Positions 40,005-51,979 of a stretch of 64,000 nucleotides of DNA are shown piece by piece (position 1 is the stretch's first letter; each line of letters opens with the position of its first letter). Below the pieces are notes generated by a model. That model was not told the DNA's origin. It did no database searches and saw nothing but the letters and a program-made list of their open reading frames with translations. This DNA is from Scyliorhinus canicula (taxonomy: Eukaryota), in NCBI RefSeq assembly GCF_902713615.1, contig NC_052160.1:110030708-110094707 (forward strand), given 5' to 3'. The position numbers and the translations under genes were made by a program.

Positions 40005-40290
40005 TCCACAGTTTCAGGATAAGGGGTAGCTGGTTTAAAACAGGGATGAGGAGAAATTACTCCTTTCAAAGGGTCGTGAATTTGTGGAATTCACTACCCC
40101 AGCGTGCAGTGGATGCAAGGAGTAAATTTAAGGAGGATACAGACAGATTTTTAATTAGTAATGGGTTGAAGGGTTATGGAGAACGGGCAGGAAAGTGGAG
40201 TTAAGGCTGAGAGGAGATGAGACATGATCGTATTGAATGGGGGAGCGGGCTCGAGGGGTTGAATTACCTACTCCTGCTCCTAGTTCTTAT
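40005..40290 (+). mobile_element. CR1 3' fragment
   Basis: FKTGMRRNY...RVVNLWNSLP, then CR1 3' UTR. Similar short tails at ~29255-29415 and ~57020-57120. Confidence 0.85.
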
Positions 40291-41959
40291 AACTGTCAAT
40301 ACATATGCACCAAATCTTAGATACTCAGCAATAAAAAAGAGGAAATAGCTGCAATGTTTGCCACGATTTTCAGCTACATGAGGAATGTTGGGTATACCTG
40401 CAGCTTTTCAAAAATAGGAAAATGACTAGTTGGAAAAGAGCAGCTGTGCCACACTATAATGACTTTATCACTGTGTCATCACTCTCCCCCATCCCCAGCC
40501 TTACTCTAACACCCACCCTATACCAACCGACGGAGGCTCTCTGGTCAAAGAAGAAATGCCCAACATCCAGTCTATTGAACTCCATTTAAGTGGCTGAAAT
40601 TCTTTGATTGTGACAAGCTCAAGCGCCACTGCATTTTCAGTGAAAGAGACAGAAAGAGGAAGAATTTGAATTTATATAGCTCCCTTCATGCCCTTTACAG
40701 TGAATGCAGTGCTTTTGAAGTGGATTTACTATTGTAAAAACGCTTCGAAACTAAAATTTCAGAGACCTGTATCGCCGACTGATTCTTGAGTTGTCAGCTG
40801 TCTGATTCCACATCAACCGTTGTTAGTTTTCTAGATTGTAGCAGAAGCTTCCTTGTGTTAATCAACACTCTGTGCATTTTAAAATGGGAAGAGAGGTTCA
40901 CACCATCAGCTGGAGAGGTGGAGCCTAAAGATGCTGGCAAGGCCAAGAATCCTGAGACCGGGATGTGTTGGCACTACCAGTTTGGTACTGCCAGGTGGCA
41001 GTGCCACGAATCGGGGGCAGGCCACTGCCCAGTCATGTCCCTCACCACCCAGGGGATATACTTAACTCCTCTCCCCTGGCATGGTCATCACGCCTGGTTT
41101 TCGGTTTTGAAAACCCAGTGGTCATTCGCGTCAGTATGACACGACAGTAATTGAGTGGGAGGATAAGGCAAGGGTGGACATTATGGGTTCAAGACCTGTA
41201 AGTAGATGTTAATTTATTAAAATGTATGGAAATCAAGTTCACGCCTTCCTGGAATAGTGCAGGGTGCCAGGGGGCAGTTCCCGGCCATGTCCCTCACCAT
41301 TAGTGGTCATTATGGCATTTGTGCCCACAGCTAGCGCGGCTGCTAGATCGCAGCCTGTATGTCTGATTCTGTAAACATTCACTAATGAAGGAGACTCCAG
41401 TCATTGTCAATTGCTCCCAGTCAGTGACCTGTGAACAGCTCAACTCATCAGCTCAACCGACAGTCTGGCTGAAATTGCGAATTGTTACAATGAATTCTTT
41501 CACAGCAAGGCTTTTGGTAACCTTTGTAAATGAGAGCAGTAAAAATATACTTTATATGGCAAAAATTCAACAGACATGGGGTGTGCCAATTGGCAGTCAC
41601 AGCCCTATGGCGAGTAATTATCGCAGTCAATGTAACTCCTATTAAACATTTTGGGACCTTGATTCAGTACACCCTTCAAAATATGCAGAAAATACATGAC
41701 AGGTTCAGTAAAATGCAGACATTGAGTACAAGCCAGGATGAGTGATAAGTTTATTTCTATTTTTAGTTTAGATATTCAGTTTTCACAATCTCCTTTCTGG
41801 CTTGTGTGAAATATTGGTTACTTCCATATTGAGAATAAACAACAAGCAAGTCTTTTATCTTCACATAAATTGTGCAAGGATGGAACTCCATAGATACAGG
41901 GCCTTAACCACCTCACTGCGTCCTCCCTTCCCCCTTTACCAAATCCCAAGTGGCAAATT

Positions 41960-42290
41960 CATAGAATCATAGAATTTACAGTACAGAAGGAGGCCTCTCG
42001 GCTCATCGAGTCTGCACCGGCCCTTGGAAAGAGCACCCTACCTAAACCCACACCTCCACCCTATCCCCGTAACCCGGTACCCCCACCTAACCATTTAGAC
42101 CCTAAGGGGCAATTTATCATGACCAATCCACCAACCTGCACATTTTTTGGACTGTGGGAGGAAACCGGAGCTCCCGGAAGAAACCCATGCAGACATGGGG
42201 AGGAACTCCACACAAGCAATCACCCGAGGCCGGAATTTATCCTGGATCCCTGGAGTTGAGTGGCAGCAGTGCTAACCATTGTGCCACCGC
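41960..42290 (-). mobile_element. V-SINE
   Basis: (TTCTATG) tail, V-domain, tRNA head. Confidence 0.88.
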
Positions 42291-43084
42291 GACTTGTGAA
42301 CTCCCTTAATTGTATTATTTATTTAAATGTGTATTATGTAATTTTGTTCAGGTGACATAAACGTTGTCCAGGGGGAAGCAGCGATATTGCCCCCAACTTT
42401 GGATTTTTAAACAAAAGAAAGAGTGACATTTTATACAGGCCGTGTTTATTTGTGCCACAAGATTCGGGGCAGATTTCTGGCACATGTGCAGATCCAGTGT
42501 CATCTCTCAGAGGCTTTTACTGTTTAAAGTGAGAGCTTGCAAGCTGGTGTCCTATGTCTCCTTTGCAGCAAACATTTTGAAGCTTATATATCATGGAGAG
42601 TTTTTTAATTAAAGGTTTACAAATTATTAAACAAAGCAATACCGTTTTTCAAATAATTATTCCAATAGTGGATTGGATGGCTGAGAGTGACAGGTCCTTC
42701 AGCAACCAGTTAAAAAAATAAGAAAAATGTACTTAAATATTCAGGAAACATCATTACCTTGTGCGGGTTCAAAATGATGACCCTGTGACAATGAGCCTCA
42801 ACACATAGCAACTGGGCGAACCAAAGTGTTAAGAAACTCCCTGCACTTGTCCAACATGTTCACCAATAAGATCTGAGGCCTGAGATCCAAGAAGGGTTGA
42901 AATCCTCTCATTATTTTGAGGAGTAATGGCAGTATAACTTGGATTTACCCATTTCCTTGAACAACAGTTCCTGCCGCCCATCAACTGGCAAGGCACCATG
43001 AATGGCTGCACATACACCAGTGGTGGCACTAAGGCGGAGGTGCTTGTTACTATTCAGACATTGAGTAAAGGACGAATCTGGAGA

Positions 43085-44680
43085 TAGTGCGCGGAATCAA
43101 TGTGTCAGACTCAGAATGAAAACCGGCGTATTGCTCTCCCGCTGCACACACCAGATTTCTCTCCAGATCTTGAGCCTCTCTGAGTATAAGAAATGAGTAT
43201 GTGGGGTTTGCACCATCACTCTGGCAGGGTGTGGCCTGCTAAAGGCTGTGGTGATGTGCATCACTGTAAATACACAAGGGGTTAATGTAAATACACGTAG
43301 ACTAGCTAGACACTAGAGGGAGCACCAGAGACATGACACACAGACATTCAACCAATAGGCCAGTAAGATAGGACACGACCAATGGGCATTCAAGATACAC
43401 ACAGGGGTGACACTACCACAGGAGGGCATTGTACCAACCCATATATAAGGACACAGCACACATGATTTTCCTCTTTCCAGTGGAGACACTCTGAGTACAC
43501 AGGGTTGATTTGAAACACATCACACCCACCACCTGGATTGTAGCAGACTGGTTCGTCAGTCTGAGTGGCTACAGCAGGGTTGACAGGAGAGTCGAATCCA
43601 AGTAGGAGAATCATTAACATAGAACATAGAACATTACAGTGCTGTACAGGCCCTTCAGCCCTCGATGTTGCGCTGTCCTGTGAAACCCTTCTACACTATT
43701 CCCTTATCGTCCATATGCCTATCCAATGACCATTTGAATGTGTTGAATAACAGAATGCGTTGAATTAACAGTTTAATAAATGTATTAAAGCTATCTCCCC
43801 AGTCTGCACCTTCCTTTGTTAGAGTGCACATCAAGGAAGCAGCTTATGCTATGTCAAGAGCATCACAAAACAATGCCGACAAGGCCAACTCCACATGTTC
43901 AGCTCACCTACTTCAACATATTGCATTGACATTGGGCCGCCATCTCAATAGGACACCCCGGTCAGCACTGAAGTGGAACCCACCCCACCATGTACCTATC
44001 AAGGACAACCCTCTACCCCGCATAATCATCGGAGGCTCCTCCCCTGCACATTATCAGGGGTCCCCCATCACTACCGTGGAGGTATTGCAGGCATTCAACC
44101 TCTCATGCTCGCTCCCCCCCCGTACCTGCAAGTTCCCCCCTCACTGCCTGTTACCCCCCATACCTGCAAGTTCCCCCCCTCATTGCCTGCTTCCCCCCTC
44201 ACTGCCCGCTCAACACCCCTCACCATACATGACTGGAAACCGCCCAGGCACATCTCCCTGGCACATGTTGGTACAGCCAGATTGCACCAACCTGGCATTT
44301 CTGACATTGCAGTGCCAACCTGTGTCAGGGACAGTGCCAGGGCACATCCCTCTCTCCCGAGGGGCTACACTTAACTTTGTGTCCTGGAAGGGATCCTCTT
44401 GACTGAATCTCATCTTTCAAAACCTGTTGTAAACCTCACCGATGTGACGGGGGAATCATCTGGTGGGCAGCTGGCTAATGCTGTTAAAATGTATTCAGAT
44501 ACATTAAATTTAGACTCTTGCCCTTTGTGGATGCGGACCTAGTGATGTCACCCTCAACGGTGTGGAAAATCAGGAAACGTGATCTCTCCGGAGAGAACAG
44601 GGTTTCCCAATTCTTTCCGGATTATTCGCCTGCATCACCGTTCTGTCTGATGCTTAACATGAGTTGAAAATCACCTCCAG
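43085..44680. mobile_element. Older non-autonomous, probably Harbinger-derived element containing a solo LTR
   Basis: Similar to 7840-7915 plus 8621-9280. Confidence 0.55.
43247..43872 (+). mobile_element. Solo LTR containing a CR1-type 3' tail fragment (~43618-43765, minus)
   Basis: TG...CA ends; TATA and AATAAA; homologous to 61820-62275; AGGC/ATGC flanks. Confidence 0.8.
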
Positions 44681-44716
44681 TCTTTTCCTCAGCACAGGTT
44701 TATTCACAAGAACTCT

Positions 44717-45444
44717 GGGCGCGATTCTCCCAAAACGGGAGAAATCGTAAAGCTGCCGTAAAACCCGGGCGGGTTTTACGGCAGCGCGCCCCTTCCCGAC
44801 CGGGGACCGATTCTGGTCCCCGGTCGGGGCTAGCAGCCCGACGCCGTAGGCTCCGGCAAGACGGGCTTAACGAAAATCGTTAAGCCCGCTTGCTGGAGTT
44901 AGCGCCGGCTGACGCGTCATATGACGTCAGCCGCGCATGCGCAGTTTGGAAGACTCCAACCCGCGCATGCGCGGGTGACGTCATCGCGTTTTTGCGCGAA
45001 ACCCGCGCATGCGCGGGCCGGGTTGCCCCTCAGCCGCCCCGCAAATGGATACTGCGGGGCGGCGGAAGGACAAGTAGTGCGCGGGCATCGGGCCCGCTGC
45101 CCGCGATCGGTGCCCACCGATCGCGGGCCCATGGCACCCTTGGCACGGCCGTGGTACTGCCGTGCCAATCGGTGCCATGGTTATTAATAGCGAGTTTGTG
45201 ACGCCGTTTTTACGAACGGCAAGACCAGGTGTGTTTGCCGTTCGTAAAAACGGCGTAAAGGGCTGGGACTTCGGCCCATCTAACAGCTGAGAATCGCTGC
45301 CGGCCGTAAAAAAACGGCGGCAGCGATTCGGGTCGGGACTTCGGCGGGGGGGGGGAGGGGGAGAATAGCGGGAGGGCGGCAAAAATGTCGGGAAGGCCCT
45401 CCCGCTATTCTCCCACCCGTCGTGGGGGACGGAGAATTTCGCCC
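44717..45444. mobile_element. GC-rich Harbinger-type MITE
   Basis: GGGCGCGATTCTCC / GGAGAATTTCGCCC termini; no matching TSD seen. Confidence 0.82.
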
Positions 45445-45639
45445 ACAGACTCCCCTTTTTGTCCCCGATGACACGAGTGCAAACTGGTTAAGTTCTTACT
45501 TGAGAACAATTCCCTAGTCTCTTCCCAGTTAGCAACAGCTGCTCTCACTTACAAACTGAAGCATGCATTTCATTGTAACTGGATTCAATCATGAGCAGTG
45601 CATACGTACAACTGTCCCTGATGTCTTTCAAGTTGGCGG

Positions 45640-46572
45640 CAGAATTTATATAACACCTTTCAGAATCTCAGGATATTACCGATAATTGTGGGCGCGATTC
45701 TCCGATCGCGGGAGAGTGTCCGTGCCGTTGTGAACGCTGTTGCATTTCACGATGGCGCGGAATGGGCGTGGGCACCAGTGATTCTGGCCCGCACAGGGGG
45801 CTAGCACGGCGCTGGAGCGGTTCACGCCACTCCAGCCTCACTTCCTGGCGCGCATTGGGGGCGGCACCAATCCGCGCATGCGCAGTGGCGACATGCCAAC
45901 CCGCGTATGCACGGTGGCTTTATGGAATGCGCCAGCCCCAACGCAACATGGCGCGGGGGTTCTGGGGCCTGACGTGCAACAAAGTCAGCCCGAGGAGGGG
46001 TGGGAGAGGCCGGCCTGCCGATCGGTGTGCCCCAATTGCGGGCCAGATCCCATCGGAGGCCCCCCGCCCCCCCGGAGACGGAGCCCCCCTCCCCCTCCCC
46101 ACAGGCCACCCCATGACCCTTCGTGCATAGATCCCGCCGGTAGCGACCAGGTGTGGACGGCACCGGCAGGACTCTGCTTTTCCCATGTGTCCGCTCGGCC
46201 TGTTCGGGCCGGAGAATCAGCGGCCCGGCCTCGTACAGCGGCCCGCAACTGACGCCGCGCCAAATGGCGCCGATTCTGGTTGCGGCAATTCTCCGGCCGG
46301 CGTGGGGCTGGGAGGATCGCACCCAATATACTTTTGAAGTGTAGTCACTGTTGAAATATCGGTGACAGCTGGTTTTGTGTAACACACTCCCACAAGAGCA
46401 ATGTTATACTGATCATCTGTTTCAGTGATGTTGGCGATGGATAAATATTGGGCAGGGTTCCTGTGATAACTCCCTTAATGACTCCCTTAAAATAAAGCTA
46501 AAGGATGTTTTATGTTTTCCAGAGAGGGCAGGCACGGCCTCTGTGTGATGAAAGCTGTTCAACTGAAGGATG
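45640..46572 (-). mobile_element. Old Deu-domain-type SINE split by a MITE
   Basis: Resembles the reverse complement of 46575-46980. Confidence 0.6.
45690..46324. mobile_element. GC-rich Harbinger-type MITE inserted in a Deu-type SINE
   Basis: GGGCGCGATTCTCC / GGAGGATCGCACCC termini. Confidence 0.8.
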
Positions 46573-46574
46573 AT

Positions 46575-46980
46575 CGGTGTTGTTAACACTCTCACCTTCC
46601 TGTCCAGGTTCAAGTTCCACTTCAGGTCTTGGGCACCAAAATGGAGGCTGAGACCTCCGTGCACTACTTAGGGAATGCTGCATTGTGGGAAGTGCTGTCA
46701 CTTTGATGAGATGAGCATCACATGCTACTATTTTGAAGAGAAGCAGGGAAGTTACGCTCTGAGTCCTGGGCCAACATTTACCCCTCAAACAACATCACAA
46801 AATCAGATTATCTGGATATTATCACATTTTTGTTTGTGGAAGGTGATGTGAGGAAATTTGCAACTATGTTTCTTACATTACAACATTGACAACACTACAA
46901 AAGTATTTCACTGGCTGTAAAGCATTCGGAGGCATCCATTGATCTTGAAAAGCATTTAGCATTACAAATCTTGCTTTTCT
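46575..46980 (+). mobile_element. Old Deu-domain-type SINE (SacSINE1/AmnSINE-like)
   Basis: GGTTCAAGT box, CTATTTTGAAGAGAAGCAGGG, TCCTGGGCCAACATTTACCCCTCAA, GTAAAGCATT..GG tail; matched to a consensus from memory. Confidence 0.68.
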
Positions 46981-47165
46981 CCAAATGTGTAGCTATCCCT
47001 TAGCCTTGCACCAGTTAGACTAAATTCTTGTGTTGACATATCTGGAGTGTGACATCAACTGCTAATCTTTGATTCAAAAGGAAAAGAACTACCCACTGAG
47101 CTATGTAGTCAAAAGCTATTTTGTTTTGTGTATCTTCACGCGCGCACTTTTTTCCCCTTTGGGGA

Positions 47166-47446
47166 TGATGTACCATCAATTCGACTCAAGACACAATTAG
47201 GATCCGAACTGTGGCTTTAATCAGCTAGTTGTTAGCCCGGTGGTCGACTACAGAGAAAGGCCGACCACTGGGAACTCTGGGTACTTATACCCTGCCTCGG
47301 AGGCGGGGCCTACTTGCCTCTCAACCAATTGGAGAGCAGTCACATGACTAGTCCCAACCAATCGGACGAGAGGCACATGACCAGCCAGAGCCAATGGGAA
47401 GCCAGTTCTCTGCACCAATGACAGTGCTCATATCCATACCACCACA
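47166..47446 (-). repeat. 3' LTR of the Gypsy element
   Basis: Near-identical to 51629-51891. Minus strand contains TATAAG and ATTAAA; several CCAAT/ATTGG boxes. Confidence 0.95.
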
Positions 47447-47869
47447 TTCACCCCTTGTGGAGAAAGAAGGCGGGGGGGGGGGGGTGTAAGCGGGAGAGAG
47501 AAGGCGGGGGGGGTCCGAGGTCTGGTGGTATGAAAATCGATAAAGGTGGGCGCCCACCGGCTCGTGGCAAAACGATACTACTACTACTAACAACAGAATA
47601 ACACAAAATGTCCCAAAAAAGTCCCATGGCCGCATCAGATGGACACGATCAGCCTGTCGGGTGCCCGTGATGTTCTGGAGGACCGTCACAGTGGAGCCGG
47701 TGACGTCGGGCCGGTGGTCGCCCTTGCCTCTGGGAGCGTCGGTCGTAGATGTGTCTTCATACCCCGGGCCGGTGGTGGAGACGCTGTAATCGGGGAAGAG
47801 GGGACATGTGCGCTGGGTCGTGGGGGCGCTGGGGGGGAATTGGGGTTGGGGGGGAGGTGTTGATGTAGG

Positions 47870-48740
47870 GGGAGAAGGCCGCACGCCGGCGGGTGCCAGG
47901 TCCCGAAGCGAGACCGTATCCTGCCGACCGTCGGGATACTCCACGTACGCATACTGCGGGTTGGCGTGGAGTAACTGGACTCGCTCAACCAACGGGTCGG
48001 TTCCGGAGCAAGATGGGCCCGGGTGTGGCCAGCCAGGTCGGGAGAGGGGATCCTGAGGACGACTTCCTGGGGAAAACAAGAAGACGTTCATGAGGTGTTT
48101 GGTTGGTGGTAGTACAGAGGAGAGACCGGATTGAGTGCAGGGCGTCAGGGATGACCTCTTGCCAACGGGGAACAGGGAGATCTCTAAGCCGTAGGGCCAG
48201 CAGGATGGTCTTCCAAATGGTGCCATTCTCCCGCTCGACCTGACTGTTACCCCGGGGGTTATAGCTGGTAGTCCTGCTAGAGACTATGCCCCTGCTGAGC
48301 AGGAATTGACGCAGTTCATCGCTCATAAAGGAGGACCCCCGGTTGCTGTGGATGTACGCGGGGTAACCGAACAGGGAGAAGATGGATAGGAGGGCCTTTA
48401 TGACGGTTGTCGTGGTCATGTCGGGACAGGGAATGGCGAAAGGGAAGCGATAGTATTCGTCGATAACACTCAAGAAATAAGTGTTACGGTTGGTGGAGGG
48501 GAGGGGGCCCTTGAAGTCTATACCGAGACGTTCAAAGGGGCGGGATGCCTTGATCAGATGCGCTCGTTCGCGGCGGTAGAAGTGCGGTTTGCACTCGGCG
48601 CAGACGTGGCAGTCCCTGGTGACGTTCCTGACTTCCTCAACGGGGTAGGGCAGGTTGTGGGTCTTAATAAAATGGTAAAAGCGGGTGACCCCTGGATGGC
48701 AGAGGTCCGTGTGGAGGGAGCAGAGGCGGTCAATCTGCGT
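47870..48740 (-). pseudogene. Gypsy integrase (frameshifted, second catalytic D appears as N)
   Basis: HHCC (HTDLCHPG...CHVC), IDFKGP, HSNRGSSF, NSQVER. C-terminal region continues in another frame (VEYPDGRQDTVSLRDLAP). Confidence 0.9.
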
Positions 48741-50625
48741 GCTGACGCAGATTGACCGATAGGGCATGGGAAGGCCCGTTGAGCTTCCCAGGACGATACA
48801 AGATATCGGAGTTGTGCGTAGACAACTCGATCCGCCACCGCAAGATCCTGTCGTTCTTGATCTTGCCCCTCTGTGCATTATCGAACATGAAAGCTAATGA
48901 CCGTTGGTCTGTGAGGAGGGTAAACCTCCTGCCGGCCAGATAGTGCCTCCAATATTGCACAGCTTCGACTATGGCCTGTACCTCCTTTTCCAACGAGGAA
49001 TGGAGGATTTCGGAAGCGTGGAGGGTTCGTGAAAAGAAGGTCACGGGTCTGCCCGCTTGGTTCAGGGTGGCCGCCAGAGCTACGTCAGACGCGTCGCTCT
49101 CCACCTGAAATGGAAGGGACTCGTCGATAGCATGCATCAAGGCCTTTGCGATATCCGCTTTGATGCAGCTAAAGGCCTGGCGGGCCTCCATCGACAGGGG
49201 AAAGGAGGTGGACTGGATGAGGGGGCGGGCTTTGTCTGCGTAGTTGGGGACCCACTGGGCATAATATGAGAAGAAGCTCAGGCAGCGTTTGAGGGATTTG
49301 AGGGAGTTGGGGAGAGGGAGTTCCATCAGGGGGCGCATGCGTTCGGGGTCGGGGCCTATCACTCCGTTACGCACTACATAGCCAAGGATGGCTAGAAGGT
49401 GGGTGCTAAACACGCACTTATCCTTATTGTATGTTAAATTAAGGAGTTTTGCGTTTCGGAGGAATTTTTGGAGGTTGATGTTGTGGTCCTGCTGGTCATG
49501 GCCACAGATGGTGACGTTATCGAGATACGGGAAGGTGGCCCGTAAACCGTGCTTGTCAACCATTCGGTCCATCTCCCATTGGAAGACCGAGACTCCATTT
49601 GTGACACCGAATGGAACCCTGAGGAAGTGGTAGAGGAGCCCATCTGCCTCAAACGCGGTGTACTTTCGGTCACTCGCGCGGATGTGGAGCTGGTGGTAGG
49701 CGGACTTAAGGTCCACCGTGGAAAAGACTTTGTATTTCGCGATCCTGTTAACCAGGTCGGAAATACGGGGGAGAGGATAAACGTCCAGCTGTGTAAACCT
49801 GTTGATGGTCTGACTGTAATCAATGACCATCCGGTTTTTCTCCCCAGCCCGAACTACCAGCACTTGGGCTCGCCAGGGACTGTTGCTGGCCTCGATCACT
49901 CCTTCCTTAAGGAGCTTCTGGACCTCGGACCCGATGAAGGTCCGGTCCTGGGCACTGTATCGTCTGCTCCGAGTGGCAACAGGTTTACAATCTGGGGTGA
50001 GATTTGCAAACAGGGAAGGTGGGTCCACTTTGAGGGACGCGAGGCTGCAGACAGTAAGGGGGGGAATAGGGCCGCCAAATTGGAAGGTCAAGCTCTGCAG
50101 GTTGCACTGGAAGTCCAGGCCCAAGAGTGCCGGAGCGCATAGACGGGGGAGAATGAGGAGTTTGAAGTTTTTGAAAACCCTCCCCTGGACCGTGAGGTCC
50201 GCTATGCAGCACCCCGTGATTTGGACGTAGTGCGAACCTGAGGCCAATTCAATTTTATGTTTAACTGGATGGATGGGGAGCGCGCAGCGTCTTACCGTGT
50301 CGGGGTAGACAAAACTTTCCGTGCTCCCGGTGTCCAGCAGGCACCTCGTTTTGTGTCCGTTGAGCTGAACTGTTGTCGTAGCCTTGGCGAACGAGCGTGG
50401 TCGGGACTGTTCGAGTTTGATGGAAGCCAGTCGTGGTGAGAGTTCCAGATCGTCCTCAGTGCAGAGTAATCGCTTGCAGGGCCTTCCGTGTTGGCCCAAG
50501 ATGGCGGCGCCCAGGACCCGCACGTGGAGTCGGGGTCCCAAGATGGCGGCGCTCAGGACCTGCACGTGGAGCCGGGGCCCCAAGATGGCGGCGCCCATGG
50601 CCCGCACATGGCGTCCGGGGCCCAA
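48730..50625 (-). pseudogene. pol: Gypsy pol: aspartic protease, reverse transcriptase, RNase H
   Basis: LLDTGS (protease); SNSPW, IDYSQTIN, DLKSAYHQ, PFGVTN, YLDN (RT); ESDASD, EKE, LTDQ (RNase H). Frameshifted from the integrase. Confidence 0.94.
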
Positions 50626-51605
50626 GATGGCGGCGCCCGTGGGAACCTCGTGGCGGCTGGGGGCAGTGTCAGCGGCGTCTGCGGGCCGGTCGAGGCGGCT
50701 GGGAGCGAGGGTCGGGAGGACCGTGGGGCCGTTGCGGGGGCCGGGAGGCGGGCCAGAGAGGTCGGTGCATGGCGCTGGGCCCTAGGGGGGCCCGGGGGGG
50801 GGGGCGATCCGCGGTCGCTGTACGGAACAGCAGCGACCGACTTGGTCTGGCAGACCACCGTGTAGTGGCCCTTCTTCCCGCAGCTCTTGCACAGAGTGGA
50901 GTGGGCCGGGCAGCGCTGGCGGGGGTGCTTGGAGAGACCACAAAAATAACAACGGGGCCCCGCTAGTTTGTCGGAGCGACCCGCGGCGCAGGCTTGGGGG
51001 GGGGGGTCGGGGTCCACAGAGGACGGGGGTGGCGCGTGCCATGAAGTCTAGGGGGTTGCTGTGTAGCCGGGGGCGTATGCGCGGGCGTTCAGGTCAGCAA
51101 CCTCCAGGGAGGTTGCAAGAGTCCGTGCCTCAGCTCGGCTGAGGGTGTTCTTTTCCAGCAATCGTTGGTGGATAGAAGGGGACTGCATGCCAGCAACGTA
51201 AGCGTCTCTGATTAAAAATTCCATGTGCTCAGTCGCCGAAACTTGAAGACATGCGCACGTTCTCCCTAGAGCTGTGAGGGCCTGGTAAAACCCGTCGAGT
51301 GACTCACCAGGGAACTGTTGTCTAGTCGTCAGGAGATGCCGTGCGTATACTTCGTTGACCGGCCAGAGAAAGTGTCCTTTGAGAATCTCCATGGCCGCAT
51401 CATAATCGTTTTCGTCCTCAATCATTGAGTAGATCGCTGTGCCCACGCATGAGTGGAGGATGTGGAGTTTCTGCTCCTTGGTGGGCTTTCCGGCTGCAGT
51501 CGTCAGGTAGCTATTAAAACACACCTGCCAGTGTTTAAAGATTGCAGACGCATTTGCAGCATGCGGGCTGGTGCGGAGGCAGTCAAGCTTGATGCGAAGC
51601 TCCAT
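50553..51605 (-). pseudogene. gag: Gypsy gag with two CX2CX4HX4C zinc knuckles, in-frame stop at 51048-51050
   Basis: ORFs 51048..51605 and 50553..51017 are in the same frame. Knuckles CYFCGLSKHPRQRC and CKSCGKKGHYTVVC. Confidence 0.88.
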
Positions 51606-51628
51606 TCCAAAATTCTAGCTGATTAAAT

Positions 51629-51891
51629 TGATGTACCATCAATTCGACTCAAGACACAATTAGGATCCGAACTGTGGCTTTAATCAGCTAGTTGTTAGCC
51701 CGGTGGTCGACTACAGAGAAAGGCCGACCGCCGGGAACTCTGGCCTCGGAGGCGGGGCCTACTTGCCTCTCGACCAATTGGAGAGCAGTCACATGACTAG
51801 TCCCAACCAATTGGACGAGAGGCACATGACCAGCCAGAGCCAATGGGAAGCCAGTGCTCTGCACCAATGGCAGTGCTCATATCCATACCAC
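51629..51891 (-). repeat. 5' LTR of the Gypsy element (its first 4 nt displaced to 52907-52910)
   Basis: About 7 substitutions versus the 3' LTR, plus a 14-nt deletion removing the TATA box. Confidence 0.93.
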
Positions 51892-51934
51892 AATAAGAAG
51901 TCTTACAACACCAGGTTAAAGTCCAACAGGTTTG

Positions 51935-51979
51935 ATTCAAACACGAGCTTTCGGAGCGCAGCTCCTTCTTCAGGTGAAT
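51935..51979 (-). ncRNA. Minimal type I hammerhead ribozyme motif in the inverted pLTR copy
   Basis: AUUCAC-CUGAAGA-A-GGAGC UGC GCUCC-GAAA-GC-UC-GUGUUUGAAU: conserved core, intact stem II, palindromic AGCU in place of stem III. Confidence 0.72.
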
